Shown: piece by piece, positions 51,336 to 62,286 of the stretch
How positions within the stretch are numbered: the stretch's first letter is position 1
How the letters are laid out: each line of letters opens with the position of its first letter
Assembly (NCBI GenBank): GCA_016861265.1
Contig: BOLA01000001.1
Location: 671,118 to 735,117, forward strand
DNA length: 64,000 bases
Direction: 5' to 3'
Source of the DNA: Patescibacteria group bacterium
GTDB taxonomy: Bacteria; Patescibacteriota; Dojkabacteria; J137
Translations under genes and position numbers: made by a program
Notes under the pieces: generated by a model
The model's input: the letters and a program-made list of their open reading frames with translations, nothing else
Databases searched by the model: none
What the model was told of the DNA's origin: nothing

Positions 51336-52580
51336 ATGAATCAAACAAATAACGGAATAAAAATCAGTAGGGCAGCTACACCATATTTAATAGTATTTGC
51401 ATTGGTGTTTGGTATAGGAATTGGTGCAGTAGTTACATCGGCATTTAAATCTCCTTTTGTTGCAGCGGTAACAAATAGCTCTGTGAATAACAGTACTTCT
51501 AGTGTTACTAATCTAGATACTGACTTCTTTAATAGTGTAACTAAAGTTATACAAGATAATTATATTGGTGATGTTCCTAATACACAAGAATTAACATATG
51601 GTGCTGTTAAAGGGTTCCTTGATTCTCTGGGTAATCAGTATAATTCATTCCTAACCCCTGAAGAGGCTAAAAAATACTTAGATTCCAGGAGTCCAAATAT
51701 AGAGGGGATAGGCGTTACTTTAAGATATGATGGAGAAAATACCGTTGTAGAAACAGTACTCCCAAATTATCCGGCAGCAAAGGCAGGAATTAAGACTGGT
51801 GATGTAATTATTGAGGTGGATGGTGAACAAGTTACAGGGGAAATGCCGACTGTAGTAGCAACCAAGGTTAGGGGTGATGCAGGTTCAGAAGTAAAGGTTA
51901 AAGTTTATAGAGCCGAAAATAATGAAGGACAACTAGACTTTACTGTTAAAAGAGAGAAGATTGAAATCGATAATATTTCTTATAAAGACTTAGGCAATGG
52001 AATATATAGAATAAGCATTACGCAATTCCTAGATACAACGGCTGAAGAATTCAACAAAAAATGGGATAGTATTGTATTAGAAATTAGCTCAAAAGGTGAT
52101 GTTAAGGGAATTGTAATGGATTTAAGAAGTAATCCTGGAGGATATGTCTATTCAGTAAGGCATGTTCTAGAAGAGTTCTTACAGGATGGTAAGATTTTAA
52201 TGTCCGAAGAAATAAAGAATAAACCAAAGAGTGATTACAAAGATTCTAGAGTCGGGAAATTTGAGCAAGTACCACTCGTTGTTCTAGTAAACGAAGGTAG
52301 TGCATCCGCTTCAGAAATATTTGCTACTTCAATTCAGGATAACCAAAGAGGAAAAGTTGTAGGTAAAAAAACAGTAGGAAAAGGAGTAGAGCAGCAAGTT
52401 ATGACTTTAGATGATGGTAGTATGCTGATTTTAGTATTTCAAAAGTGGCTAACACCATCAGGAAGAAATGTTACACCAGAGAATTCTGTGACACCTGATT
52501 TTGAAATTGATTATACTCAGGAGAATGCTAAAGCAGGAATAGACCCTCAACTAGATAAGGCTAAGGACTTATTAAAGTAA
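51336..52580 (+). CDS. ctpA: Carboxyl-terminal processing protease (S41 family, with PDZ domain)
   Basis: PDZ domain (GIKTGDVIIEVDG) and the S41 catalytic region (VLVNEGSASASEI...KTVGKG). The start is placed at Met 51336, downstream of the rpsR terminator. Confidence 0.8.
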   Translation: MNQTNNGIKISRAATPYLIVFALVFGIGIGAVVTSAFKSPFVAAVTNSSVNNSTSSVTNLDTDFFNSVTKVIQDNYIGDVPNTQELTYGAVKGFLDSLGNQYNSFLTPEEAKKYLDSRSPNIEGIGVTLRYDGENTVVETVLPNYPAAKAGIKTGDVIIEVDGEQVTGEMPTVVATKVRGDAGSEVKVKVYRAENNEGQLDFTVKREKIEIDNISYKDLGNGIYRISITQFLDTTAEEFNKKWDSIVLEISSKGDVKGIVMDLRSNPGGYVYSVRHVLEEFLQDGKILMSEEIKNKPKSDYKDSRVGKFEQVPLVVLVNEGSASASEIFATSIQDNQRGKVVGKKTVGKGVEQQVMTLDDGSMLILVFQKWLTPSGRNVTPENSVTPDFEIDYTQENAKAGIDPQLDKAKDLLK

Positions 52581-53669
52581 TTAGTCCTCAACTTCATTTT
52601 CTGATAAAGTTTCCCCTGATCGAATAACTTTATTTGTAGTTTCTAATATCTCGCTTAGGTCACCTTCAAAAACAACTTGGTTTATATTAAACCATGATTT
52701 TCCTATTCGGTGGTCGGTTATTCTTCCTTGAGGAAAATTATATGTTCTTATCTTAGAAGACCTTTTCCCCCCCATTATAGACTCATTTCTCAGGGTATTA
52801 AGTTCGCTAGTTACTTTTTCTTGTTCAATTTCATTGAGTCTTGATGCAAGTACCATCATAGCCATTTCTTTGTTTGTGTGTTGAGACTTGCTGGTCTGGC
52901 AGGTGACTGTAATCTTTGTCGGAATATGTGTTATTCTCACGGCCGAATCTGTAGTATTAACTGACTGGCCACCGGGTCCACTAGACCGATATACATCTAT
53001 TCTTAGATCTGATTGTTTTATCTCAATAGAATCTATGTCTATTTTCGGCATCACTACAACAGATGCTGTTGAAGTATGCACCCTTCCAAGTGTTTCTGTT
53101 TTTGGAACTCTTTGAACTCTATGTACACCTGATTCGAATCTGAATAATCCAAAAGTATTAGGCTTATCAACTAGAAAAGTTGCCCCACTAATTCCCCCTT
53201 CGGTATTGTAGTCAATAGAAAAGATTTCAATTTTTATATTATTACTTGCACAGTATTTCTGATACATACCCATTAAGTCCTCAGCAAACAAAGCTGCTTC
53301 GACCCCTCCGACACCCGGCCTTATTTCAAATATTGATCTCTTATCGTCATCTTTTAGGGGCTCAATTAATAGGGATTCCAATTTGGTATAGATGTCATCT
53401 AAGTTTAAATTAATAGATTCGATCTCTGCTTCTGCTAAGTCTTGGAGTGATTCGTCCGAAAGCATTGAATGCGTATCTTCTAAAGAACTTAGGTAGTAAG
53501 TCGCTTGCTGAAAGAGTTTTTTTATTTCTGCATTTTGATTATATCTCTTTAGGGTTTCAATATATTCTGGAGAAGAAAAATTATGATTAGAATTACTATC
53601 AAATTCATTTATAGAATTCTGGATAGAGTCAATATCGATTTTTTTTAGAAGGTTTTGTATTTTATGCAT
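52581..53669 (-). CDS. prfA: Peptide chain release factor 1
   Basis: PKT tripeptide (RF1-type PxT) and GGQ motif (SSGPGGQSVNTTDSAVRITHIPT). Confidence 0.85.
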   Translation of the reverse strand: MHKIQNLLKKIDIDSIQNSINEFDSNSNHNFSSPEYIETLKRYNQNAEIKKLFQQATYYLSSLEDTHSMLSDESLQDLAEAEIESINLNLDDIYTKLESLLIEPLKDDDKRSIFEIRPGVGGVEAALFAEDLMGMYQKYCASNNIKIEIFSIDYNTEGGISGATFLVDKPNTFGLFRFESGVHRVQRVPKTETLGRVHTSTASVVVMPKIDIDSIEIKQSDLRIDVYRSSGPGGQSVNTTDSAVRITHIPTKITVTCQTSKSQHTNKEMAMMVLASRLNEIEQEKVTSELNTLRNESIMGGKRSSKIRTYNFPQGRITDHRIGKSWFNINQVVFEGDLSEILETTNKVIRSGETLSENEVED

Positions 53670-53722
53670 AAAAAATCCCTTATAAAGAATATAAGGGATT
53701 AAAAATTATAAGTAAATGATGC

Positions 53723-54034
53723 TTATTTAATTTGAGCAAGCATGTCTTTTAATGTAACTGCACCTGCAGAAGAAACTGATTTTTTCTTCTCGATTCTTTT
53801 CTGCTTTTTAGATACTAGAGTACCTACTGGCTTAGCTGCATTCAATTTTTTATTAAACTTGTCTACAAGGTTATCAGTGTCAACTAACATCTGCTTTCCA
53901 GTGTAATAAGGATGGCAATTAGCGCAAAGTTCAACCTTTACACCATTTATTGTAGATCCTAATTTGTATTCTGTTTTGCAGGTGTTGCAGATTATTACTG
54001 TCTCCTGGTATTCTGGATGTGTATTCTTTCTCAT
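53723..54034 (-). CDS. rpmE: 50S ribosomal protein L31 with a C-terminal extension
   Basis: MRKNTHPEYQ...CNTC...CANCHPYYTGKQ. Confidence 0.85.
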   Translation of the reverse strand: MRKNTHPEYQETVIICNTCKTEYKLGSTINGVKVELCANCHPYYTGKQMLVDTDNLVDKFNKKLNAAKPVGTLVSKKQKRIEKKKSVSSAGAVTLKDMLAQIK

Positions 54035-54124
54035 AGCCTATATAAATTCAGAAATTTAGTGCTAAAATTATACCTGTTAAACCTTATTAAGTAAAGTTAA
54101 TTTTATACCCGTTATTTTAAGTTT

Positions 54125-54634
54125 ATGACTATCAAAAAGCTTGCAGACAAAGAGATTTCCCTAGACACTCAATCAACCACAGTTAAAGTAAGTTATGTAG
54201 ACTCATTTAAAGTTACTGTAGGAGAAAGCATAATTGATAAGCCAGGTGAGTATGAAATTGGAGGTATTTCCGTAATGGCCTTGGAAGTTCCAAATCCTGA
54301 TTATGTGGTAGTAAACGATTTTGTTGCTATACATTCAGAGGGAATTGACATTGGATTCTTGTTTGGAGAAAAAGGTTCAAATAAAGAATTTTTAAAAGAT
54401 ATAGCTAATATAGACATACTAGTGGTAAGTCCTGATTTAAATGTTGAGAACGTGAAAAGAGTTATAACCCTTTTTGAGCCACAATACTTGGTTATACTAA
54501 ACAGTAAAAATATTGAAGACGTGAAGAAGTCGTATAATTACCCTAACTATTCGGAAGAAAAAACATTGAAGGTTAAAGACAGCGACTTTCCTAGAGGAGA
54601 GAATATTGTAGTAAGACCAGTAATTCTAAAATAA
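54125..54634 (+). CDS. Hypothetical protein
   Basis: 169-aa ORF. No confident family. Confidence 0.4.
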   Translation: MTIKKLADKEISLDTQSTTVKVSYVDSFKVTVGESIIDKPGEYEIGGISVMALEVPNPDYVVVNDFVAIHSEGIDIGFLFGEKGSNKEFLKDIANIDILVVSPDLNVENVKRVITLFEPQYLVILNSKNIEDVKKSYNYPNYSEEKTLKVKDSDFPRGENIVVRPVILK

Positions 54635-54644
54635 AATTAAGTTA

Positions 54645-55976
54645 ATGAGTCTTAAGTTACCGCCAAATAATGTAGAAGCTGAAAAAGCAGTAATTGGTTC
54701 TATCCTTATTGATAATGATACCTTCAATAAGGTTGGGGACCTTATAAGGGCTGAGTTTTTTTATGACCCTAAGCACCAAGTAATATTTGCCAATATTGTT
54801 AATCTATACAATTCAAGTAAGCCTATTGATTATCTAACTCTTTCAACCGAGCTTAAGAAAAATAAAAAATTGAAAGAAGCAGGTGGGGTAGAGTATTTAA
54901 ATGAGATTCTTAACTTTGTTCCGACTTCGGCGAATGTATTAGAGTATGCCAACATAGTAAAGGAGAATGCTGTAAGAAGGCAGTTAATTACATACTCCGG
55001 TAAATTTGATGAGTTGGCCAGAAAGGAAGATGAACCACTCGAAAGTGTACTTAATACATTAGAAAAAGACGTCTTCTCCCTTTCTCAGGACAGTACAAAA
55101 AGTGATTTTGCTGGTGCGTCTGAACTTATTGTTCAGCAAATGGCAAAAGCAGATGAATACGCTAAAAACCCAGGAGCACTAAGGGGATTGCCAACGGGGT
55201 TAAAAGATCTAGATAAGCACTTAGGAGGCCTTCATAAATCTGATTTAATTATACTCGCTGCTAGACCTTCCGTAGGTAAGTCTGCATTTAGTTTCGATAT
55301 AGCTAGACATATTGCAGTAAGAGACGGTAAAACGGTAGCCCTATTCTCACTTGAAATGCCTGCTGTACAGGTTATCGAAAGAGTTATGGCTGCACAGGTA
55401 CATATGGATTTGTGGGACATTAGAATGGGGAATGTAAAAGATTGGGATAAATATAGTAAAGGTGTAGGTGAAATATCAAATGCCAAATTGTTTGTTGATG
55501 ATACTGCAGGGATTAATATAATGCAGTTAAGGAGTAAGATAAGAAGATTGAAACTTGAACATGGTTTAGATTTTGTAGTAATCGACTATTTGCAGCTAAT
55601 GCAAGGTAGTGGTTCAAGGACTTCTCTGGATAATAGAGCGCAGGAAGTCGGAGAAATATCTAGATCTCTTAAAATATTGGCGAGAGAATTAAAGATTCCA
55701 ATTATGGCATTATCTCAGTTAAACAGATCTGTAGAAACGAGAGGCGGTGTACCTCAATTATCGGATCTTAGGGAGTCTGGTTCTATTGAGCAAGATGCTG
55801 ACTTGGTTATATTTTTAAGTAGAGATATGACTGCCACTGAAGATATGGACGCTGCAGAGGCTAATCCAAAGATTGATGTAAGCGTAACTATTGCAAAACA
55901 TAGAAATGGACCTATCGGAACGGTGAAGGTAAGATTTGTCTCTAGGCAGACTAGATTTGAGGACTGGACTGATTAA
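54645..55976 (+). CDS. dnaB: Replicative DNA helicase DnaB
   Basis: N-terminal DnaB domain and a RecA-like domain with Walker A (ARPSVGKSAF). No intein. Confidence 0.9.
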   Translation: MSLKLPPNNVEAEKAVIGSILIDNDTFNKVGDLIRAEFFYDPKHQVIFANIVNLYNSSKPIDYLTLSTELKKNKKLKEAGGVEYLNEILNFVPTSANVLEYANIVKENAVRRQLITYSGKFDELARKEDEPLESVLNTLEKDVFSLSQDSTKSDFAGASELIVQQMAKADEYAKNPGALRGLPTGLKDLDKHLGGLHKSDLIILAARPSVGKSAFSFDIARHIAVRDGKTVALFSLEMPAVQVIERVMAAQVHMDLWDIRMGNVKDWDKYSKGVGEISNAKLFVDDTAGINIMQLRSKIRRLKLEHGLDFVVIDYLQLMQGSGSRTSLDNRAQEVGEISRSLKILARELKIPIMALSQLNRSVETRGGVPQLSDLRESGSIEQDADLVIFLSRDMTATEDMDAAEANPKIDVSVTIAKHRNGPIGTVKVRFVSRQTRFEDWTD

Positions 55977-56120
55977 AAAGCTTCATAAATTTGTTATAAT
56001 TCTATTTAATGCTAATGGGTTCGAGAGAGTTTCGATTTATGGCATATGTGAGGTTAACTGTGGATTTATTCAAATTTCGATATATACCAAGGTATATACT
56101 GTTATAATCACTTAGTTTAC

Positions 56121-56204
56121 GCCGAGATGGTGGAATTGGTAGACACGTCAGACTCAAAATCTGGTGCTGGCAACAGTGTGAGGGTTCGAGTCCCTCTCTC
56201 GGTA
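56121..56204 (+). tRNA. tRNA-Leu (CAA)
   Basis: Acceptor GCCGAGA/TCTCGGT (G1-U72), anticodon loop CTCAAAA and a long variable arm. Confidence 0.8.
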
Positions 56205-56229
56205 TTTTATTTAACTTAGTTAAACTATT

Positions 56230-56895
56230 ATGATTGATTTAATAGCAAAGCTGATTTCAGGAGATGGCCTAACTAGCGTATTAGTTGGTGTTGCAGTATA
56301 TCTAGCATCTTTATGGGTTCTATTCAGTTTCTGGGTATATCTTGATGCTAAGAAGAGGTATGGAAAAACATACATAGCAGCTTTGTTCTTTGTAGTAGTT
56401 TTAATATTCAGCTTCCCCGCATTAGTATTCTATTTGATTACCAGACCTGAGGATGAGAATGACTATATAATTTTTCCCTCCGAAAATGTAAGTAACAAAG
56501 GTGTGAATGTTCCTATTGTTAATTTTATAGGTAAGGATGGAAAGGTAAATCTAAGTTTTGAATTAAAAATAAATAACCCTGAATTTTTAAATAATTCTGA
56601 CATGGCTGTAAACATCGATTGGAAATCTCAGAAGCCTGAATTTGTTCACGAAGTGAAGCCAGTAGATGTTGTAATCGAGAATCCAAAATCAGAAGAAAAA
56701 AGTAATAAAAAGGATAAAAAAAATAAGAATAGTAAAAAAAATGAACAGCAGGCAAAACCCGAGGTTAAGTCTGTTGTAATGACTAATAAGCAGAAAGCAT
56801 TTGGTGCGATTAAGAATGTTCAGAAGAGAGTATCTGGACTAAAGCCTCGATTTAGTCTTCCTTCGAAGAAGGCATCATCAAAAACAACAAAATAA
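56230..56895 (+). CDS. Hypothetical membrane protein with a Lys-rich C-terminal tail
   Basis: Two N-terminal TM helices followed by a low-complexity basic tail. Confidence 0.45.
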   Translation: MIDLIAKLISGDGLTSVLVGVAVYLASLWVLFSFWVYLDAKKRYGKTYIAALFFVVVLIFSFPALVFYLITRPEDENDYIIFPSENVSNKGVNVPIVNFIGKDGKVNLSFELKINNPEFLNNSDMAVNIDWKSQKPEFVHEVKPVDVVIENPKSEEKSNKKDKKNKNSKKNEQQAKPEVKSVVMTNKQKAFGAIKNVQKRVSGLKPRFSLPSKKASSKTTK

Positions 56896-56947
56896 ACTTT
56901 GTTAGTAATTATATGTATAATATCCTTAATAAGGATATATTTGCACC

Positions 56948-58249
56948 ATGAATCGAAATTCAATTCTTTTTAAAATTAAAAATACCAAAATCTATAACTC
57001 ACTATTTTTAGTTTTAAGGAATTTAAGAACTAAACGAGGAGTTCAAAATTACAAAAAAAATTTTTCATTTAAATTTAATAAAAGTAGCATACTTCTATAT
57101 CTTCTAATATTAGCGCTTCTAGGGGCTATATTATTTAATATATCAAAATACTCACAACTAAGCTTTTCCCCTTATTTAGATGCATCTGAACTTGAAACTA
57201 GACCATTAATTCTAGAGGACTCTAAGGAAATTAATACATTATTTATTGGTTTCGATGACACACAGAATTCCTATAAGTTTATAAATATGATAGCTATAAT
57301 TTCTTTGGATTATCAGACTGCCTCAATAAAAACCTATACACTTAATCCTAATTATATAGTTAATATAAACGGTAATAAAGTTACTCTTAGGGCTGCATTT
57401 AATGTTTTAACAAGTCAAAGTAGTGAAAAGATGAATGATGTTCAAAAGCTAATTGAGAATTTATCGGCAATTAGAATAGACAGGTATATAGCTTTCAACT
57501 ACTCCGAGTTGCCCAATCTACTTGCGCTAACAGACTTATCAGTGGAGTCGGATGAAAGTTACAAACTTGGAGATAACTTTATTACGGAAGGTGAAGTTAT
57601 AAGAGGGGATAAATTGAACGCTTTTGTTACATTTGATAACAATCCAGATGATAAGGCTTTAAAAAGGCAGTCAATGTTTTTAAAGGAATTCCTTGAAAAC
57701 TTGCGCGATAAATTTGCACTTTATAAGTACTTTTTAAATTCTAAAGAATTTAGTCAAGTTATACATACTAACCTTAACAAAGATGAATTTATTAGATTCA
57801 TAATAAATATTTCTAGTACGGATACTACTATCCTTAATGACTTTGCTTCAGAGAAATTAACATTAAAAGACTTATCCAAATTAAATAGAGAAGAAGGGAT
57901 AGAGCATAGTGCCATGCTTTTAGATGAGGATGTTTCTCAATTATTTAGGAATATCTCAATAATTAAAGAACAGGCAAAACTAGAAATATTCAATGCAACT
58001 GAAACTTCTGGTGTTGCTTATAATTTAAAACGTAAATTTGAGAATTCGGGTATTACGGTAATAAAGACAGGTAACTACCCCGATATTGTGTCGGAAAATA
58101 TTTTATATATACCAAAAAATAATCCGGATTATTTTTTGAATACTATAAGATTTATAAGATCCATTTTAAGAGACAATGTTAAGGTGGTCTATGGTGATTA
58201 TAAATTTAATTATTCAGGAGATATGATTTTAGTTATTGGAAAAATTTAA
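56948..58249 (+). CDS. LytR-CpsA-Psr (LCP) family protein with a LytR_C-like C-terminal domain
   Basis: TM anchor; LFIGFDDT...ISLD...; C-terminal LEIFNATETSGVAYNLK. Confidence 0.65.
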   Translation: MNRNSILFKIKNTKIYNSLFLVLRNLRTKRGVQNYKKNFSFKFNKSSILLYLLILALLGAILFNISKYSQLSFSPYLDASELETRPLILEDSKEINTLFIGFDDTQNSYKFINMIAIISLDYQTASIKTYTLNPNYIVNINGNKVTLRAAFNVLTSQSSEKMNDVQKLIENLSAIRIDRYIAFNYSELPNLLALTDLSVESDESYKLGDNFITEGEVIRGDKLNAFVTFDNNPDDKALKRQSMFLKEFLENLRDKFALYKYFLNSKEFSQVIHTNLNKDEFIRFIINISSTDTTILNDFASEKLTLKDLSKLNREEGIEHSAMLLDEDVSQLFRNISIIKEQAKLEIFNATETSGVAYNLKRKFENSGITVIKTGNYPDIVSENILYIPKNNPDYFLNTIRFIRSILRDNVKVVYGDYKFNYSGDMILVIGKI

Positions 58250-58979
58250 TTCTATGTCAGGACATTCAAAATGGAAAACAATTAAACATGCAAAAGGTGT
58301 TCAAGATGCAAAGCGCGGTGCAATCTTTTCTAGATTATCTAAGGATATTATTATTGCCACTCAATTAGGCGGCGGTTCTGATATTAAGTTCAATACTTAT
58401 CTAAGAGTCGCAGTGGAGAAGGCAAAAACGGCAAATATGACCACTGAGAAAATTGATAAGGCAATTGCAAAGGGTATGGGGAAGGCTGATGGGGATTCGC
58501 TACTCGAAAAAACATACGAAGTTAATGGCTTTGGTGGGGTTGTTATATTGATTGATTGCGAGACTGATAATTCTAATAGGACTGTAGGCGAATTAAAGAA
58601 TATAGTGAATAAAATAGGTGCAAAATTAGTTCCAGAAGGATCTTTATCTTGGAATTTTGAAGAGTTAGGAAAGATTGTAATCGAAAAGAAAGATAACATA
58701 GACGAAACTTTATTAAATATAATCTCGCTAGAAGGAGTAGTTGATGTTGAAAATGAAGAAAGCATAATTACAATTTATACAAATAGAGAAGATTTAAAAT
58801 CCGTACTAGAATTAATAAAAGGAAATATCAGCGATTATAACTTTGTTGAGGCAAATTTAGTTAAGGTTGCTAAGGATAAGTTAGATGTTTCAGAAGAAAT
58901 TTATAAGAAGAACGAGGAACTGATTGATGAAATAAAAAATCATTCCGATGTGGTATACGTATGGGATAATATTAATTAA
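58236..58979 (+). CDS. yebC: YebC/PmpR family DNA-binding regulator
   Basis: Contains SGHSKWKTIKHAKG. An alternative start at 58254 avoids overlap with the upstream gene. Confidence 0.85.
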   Translation: MEKFNSMSGHSKWKTIKHAKGVQDAKRGAIFSRLSKDIIIATQLGGGSDIKFNTYLRVAVEKAKTANMTTEKIDKAIAKGMGKADGDSLLEKTYEVNGFGGVVILIDCETDNSNRTVGELKNIVNKIGAKLVPEGSLSWNFEELGKIVIEKKDNIDETLLNIISLEGVVDVENEESIITIYTNREDLKSVLELIKGNISDYNFVEANLVKVAKDKLDVSEEIYKKNEELIDEIKNHSDVVYVWDNIN

Positions 58980-58993
58980 TTAATATTATTTGT

Positions 58994-59488
58994 ATGAGAG
59001 TTTTAGGAATTGATGTGGGTTTTGCAATTACTGGTTGGTCTATTTTAGACAAAGACCCTTCTTATAAAAATGGGATGAGACTGGTTGAATATGGTGCGAT
59101 CCTAACAACTCCAGATGAACAATTCGAGCAGAGGCTTCTTATACTTCATACAGATTTAGATAAAATTATAAAAGAATTTAAACCAGAGCATATCGCAATT
59201 GAAAGTCTTTTCTACTTTAAGAATCAAAAAACTGTAATGACTGTTGCTCAAGCAAGAGGTGTTATACTATTAACAGCACAGCTAAATGGTTTAGAAATAT
59301 TTAATTATACGCCTTTGCAAGTTAAGACAAGCGTTACTGGTTACGGTAGGGCTGAAAAGGCCCAGATACAGAAGATGGTGAAAATGATTTTTGGATTAAA
59401 AGAAGCTCCTAAGCCTGATGATGTTGCGGATGCTGTGGCAATTGCATATTGTCATTCAAATACATACAGACTCTCTAAGAAAATATGA
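58994..59488 (+). CDS. ruvC: Holliday junction resolvase RuvC
   Basis: Contains MRVLGIDVG. Confidence 0.85.
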   Translation: MRVLGIDVGFAITGWSILDKDPSYKNGMRLVEYGAILTTPDEQFEQRLLILHTDLDKIIKEFKPEHIAIESLFYFKNQKTVMTVAQARGVILLTAQLNGLEIFNYTPLQVKTSVTGYGRAEKAQIQKMVKMIFGLKEAPKPDDVADAVAIAYCHSNTYRLSKKI

Positions 59489-60087
59489 TAGGTTACTTAA
59501 AAGGAAAAGTAATTTATATTGATAAGTCGGATATAATATTACTTACAAATAATTCTGTGGGATATAAAATTAGTATTCCGACTAATATAAAATATTTAAT
59601 TGATCAGGATGCAAGTCTATATATTTACACCTCTGTCAAAGAAAATGAAATGTCCTTATGGGGTTTTACAGATAAAAAAGATTTAGACCTATTCGAATAT
59701 TTAATTTCAGTTTCGGGTGTAGGTACAAAAACTGCAATGTCTTTGATTGATGTAAAGGGGTTCGACTTAATAGTTCAATCGATCGTATCTGGAAGTTATG
59801 AAGAATTAAAGGTAAGTGGAGTTGGACCAAAAACTGCTCAAAAGATTGTAATAGAATTAAAGTCTAAGTTAGCTAAACTCACAGAGGGGCTGAACCTAAA
59901 AGCAAATCAGAATTTGAATGATAACAAAAAGATAAACTTATTCCTTGAAGATGCTATAGAAGCACTAACTTCTTTGGGGTATAGAGAGCAGGATATTAGA
60001 AATGCTTATAATAAACTTGATGATCTACAGATGGAGGGAGCTTCTGATTCGCCTAGTTTAGTAAAACTACTACTTAAAGTAATATAA
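59485..60087 (+). CDS. ruvA: Holliday junction branch migration protein RuvA
   Basis: MIGYLKGKV... and HhH motifs (VSGVGTKTA; VSGVGPKTA). Confidence 0.85.
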   Translation: MIGYLKGKVIYIDKSDIILLTNNSVGYKISIPTNIKYLIDQDASLYIYTSVKENEMSLWGFTDKKDLDLFEYLISVSGVGTKTAMSLIDVKGFDLIVQSIVSGSYEELKVSGVGPKTAQKIVIELKSKLAKLTEGLNLKANQNLNDNKKINLFLEDAIEALTSLGYREQDIRNAYNKLDDLQMEGASDSPSLVKLLLKVI

Positions 60088-61097
60088 TGACTGATTTTAC
60101 AGACCCAACTTCGAAAAATGAATCCGAGGAAGTATTAGAAACTTCTTTAAGACCCAGTAATCTAAATGAGATTATTGGTCGTGATCTTGAGAAAAGAAAT
60201 ATTCAGATCATGATCGACTCGGCAAAAAAAAGAAAAAAGGCTTTGGATCACGTTCTCTTTCACGGTCCTCCAGGGCTAGGAAAGACGTCTTTCGCCCATG
60301 TAATAGCAAAAGAAATGGGAGTTCCGATCCATATTACAAATGGCTCGGTTTTAGATAAAGCAGGAGACTTGGCTGCAATTCTTACATCTTTGGAAGATAA
60401 CTCAATTCTATTTATAGATGAAATTCATAGATTAAGACTTCAGATAGAAGAGATTCTTTACCCGGCAATGGAAGATAGCGTTTTAGACATTGTAATTGGT
60501 AAAGGCCCAAATGCCAGGACTCTTAGGCTGGATTTACCTAAATTTACAATTATAGGAGCAACTACTAAATTATCAATGATTAGTGGACCATTAAGGGATA
60601 GATTTGGTATGTCGTTTAGGTTGGATTTTTATACTGACGAGGAATTGAAACATTTAGTTATGCAAAAGGCACGTATGTTAAATATTATTATTGATGACGA
60701 AGCCGCAATGGAGATAGCTAAAAGATCGAGAATGACTGCAAGAATAGCTATAAGAATTTTGAAAAGAGTTCGCGATATGTCAATTGTTGAAAACAAGGAG
60801 TACATAGATATGGAATCTGCGCAAAAGGCGTTAGCACTTCTTGAAATAGATGATAATGGATTAGATATCTTAGATAGAAATATTATTAAGGTCATAATAG
60901 AACACTTCAGTAATAGACCCGTTGGACTGAGTACCTTGGCCGCATCGCTATCTGAAGAGCCCGAGACTATAGAAACTGTTTATGAGCCATTTCTTATAAA
61001 AAAAGGTTTACTAAAAAGAACGCCAAAGGGTAGAGTGGTTACAGATAATGGTCTAAGAAGCTACGGCGGAAATCATTTATTAGATATAGTAGAGTAA
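60087..61097 (+). CDS. ruvB: Holliday junction ATP-dependent helicase RuvB
   Basis: Contains LFHGPPGLGKTS. Confidence 0.9.
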   Translation: MTDFTDPTSKNESEEVLETSLRPSNLNEIIGRDLEKRNIQIMIDSAKKRKKALDHVLFHGPPGLGKTSFAHVIAKEMGVPIHITNGSVLDKAGDLAAILTSLEDNSILFIDEIHRLRLQIEEILYPAMEDSVLDIVIGKGPNARTLRLDLPKFTIIGATTKLSMISGPLRDRFGMSFRLDFYTDEELKHLVMQKARMLNIIIDDEAAMEIAKRSRMTARIAIRILKRVRDMSIVENKEYIDMESAQKALALLEIDDNGLDILDRNIIKVIIEHFSNRPVGLSTLAASLSEEPETIETVYEPFLIKKGLLKRTPKGRVVTDNGLRSYGGNHLLDIVE

Positions 61098-61122
61098 TGA
61101 TGAATAATTTATAATAAGTACT

Positions 61123-62286
61123 ATGAAGAAATTAAAAAAGTTTGATACAAGACAGAGGGCAGTACTTTCGGGAATTATATTAGGTATAATTTTTTTCCTA
61201 ATACTGAGTCCAATATCTTCTTGGGTAGGAGAGTTCATTTTCCCTCCTTCTTCATTATCGAATGTTACTATTGTGCAAAAAGCTAGAGAAATTGATTTGA
61301 ATTGGGATAGAGCTCAAGAGAAAGACGTTGTTGGCTATTATATTATGCTTAATGGGCAGAGGATTAATGATGAAAAACTAGGTAATAGAGATGTGGATAA
61401 CTATGCGATTTACGACCTTGAGCAAGGAAAGGATTATATAGTTGGGGTAGGCAGTATAGATAGTTCTGGTAATATGTCTAACTTAGCTCAAACCTCTGTC
61501 ACTACAAAAGACAGGAACTCCACATATATTCTTAACGTCGAATCTCCCGGCAGCGAGAACTCTAGAAGAATAGCAATATTAGCTATATTTATGGCTGCTA
61601 TCACATTCTTACTAACAAATTGGGTATTGTTCTTTAAAGTTAATGGTAAGAGGCTTTTGACAATATCTAGCTATCCGAGTATTGCTTTGGCCCCTATAAG
61701 TATCTTAAGTTATTCCCTGGTTTTAACAATAGATAATACAATTTATAAGACTATCTTCGCAATAATTGCCTCAGTGGGATATATATTTGTTAGCTATCTT
61801 TTAGTGCTTACAGCGAATATATTACATGGCTCAAAAGTGCACGGGCAGTTGCCACTGGAGCAGGCAGCAAAGGCTTCTCAGTTTATTGTAGGCCTTATTT
61901 CAACTTATCTTATACTTATCTTTACTTTTAGTTCCAACTCAAACCTAGTAGTCAAATTTGCCTTGGTGTTGGGGTTTGTATTTTATTTTACATATTCATC
62001 CTTATCTACAATTAAGGAGCTAGAAGAGGCAAATATAGCACTAAGAACAGGTTCGGTAGTTCTGACTATGTTAGTAGCAATGTTAGCTATATCTGTGTGG
62101 CCAATAGAGAGTATCTATTCAATCCTAGTAATAGCAATTATCTACTATATTATTTTTAACGTAGCCTTAGAAGTTCGCGGAAAGGTTGGCCGATCACTCT
62201 GGATAGAGTATGGGGTATTGGTAGGTTTGATTACACTCCTACTCGTTACAAACAGTGTGTGGGGGATTAACGGAACAATAATTTAA
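61123..62286 (+). CDS. Hypothetical polytopic membrane protein with an N-terminal Fn3-like extracytoplasmic domain
   Basis: TM anchor, a ~100-aa beta-rich domain, then a C-terminal multi-helix membrane region. Confidence 0.45.
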   Translation: MKKLKKFDTRQRAVLSGIILGIIFFLILSPISSWVGEFIFPPSSLSNVTIVQKAREIDLNWDRAQEKDVVGYYIMLNGQRINDEKLGNRDVDNYAIYDLEQGKDYIVGVGSIDSSGNMSNLAQTSVTTKDRNSTYILNVESPGSENSRRIAILAIFMAAITFLLTNWVLFFKVNGKRLLTISSYPSIALAPISILSYSLVLTIDNTIYKTIFAIIASVGYIFVSYLLVLTANILHGSKVHGQLPLEQAAKASQFIVGLISTYLILIFTFSSNSNLVVKFALVLGFVFYFTYSSLSTIKELEEANIALRTGSVVLTMLVAMLAISVWPIESIYSILVIAIIYYIIFNVALEVRGKVGRSLWIEYGVLVGLITLLLVTNSVWGINGTII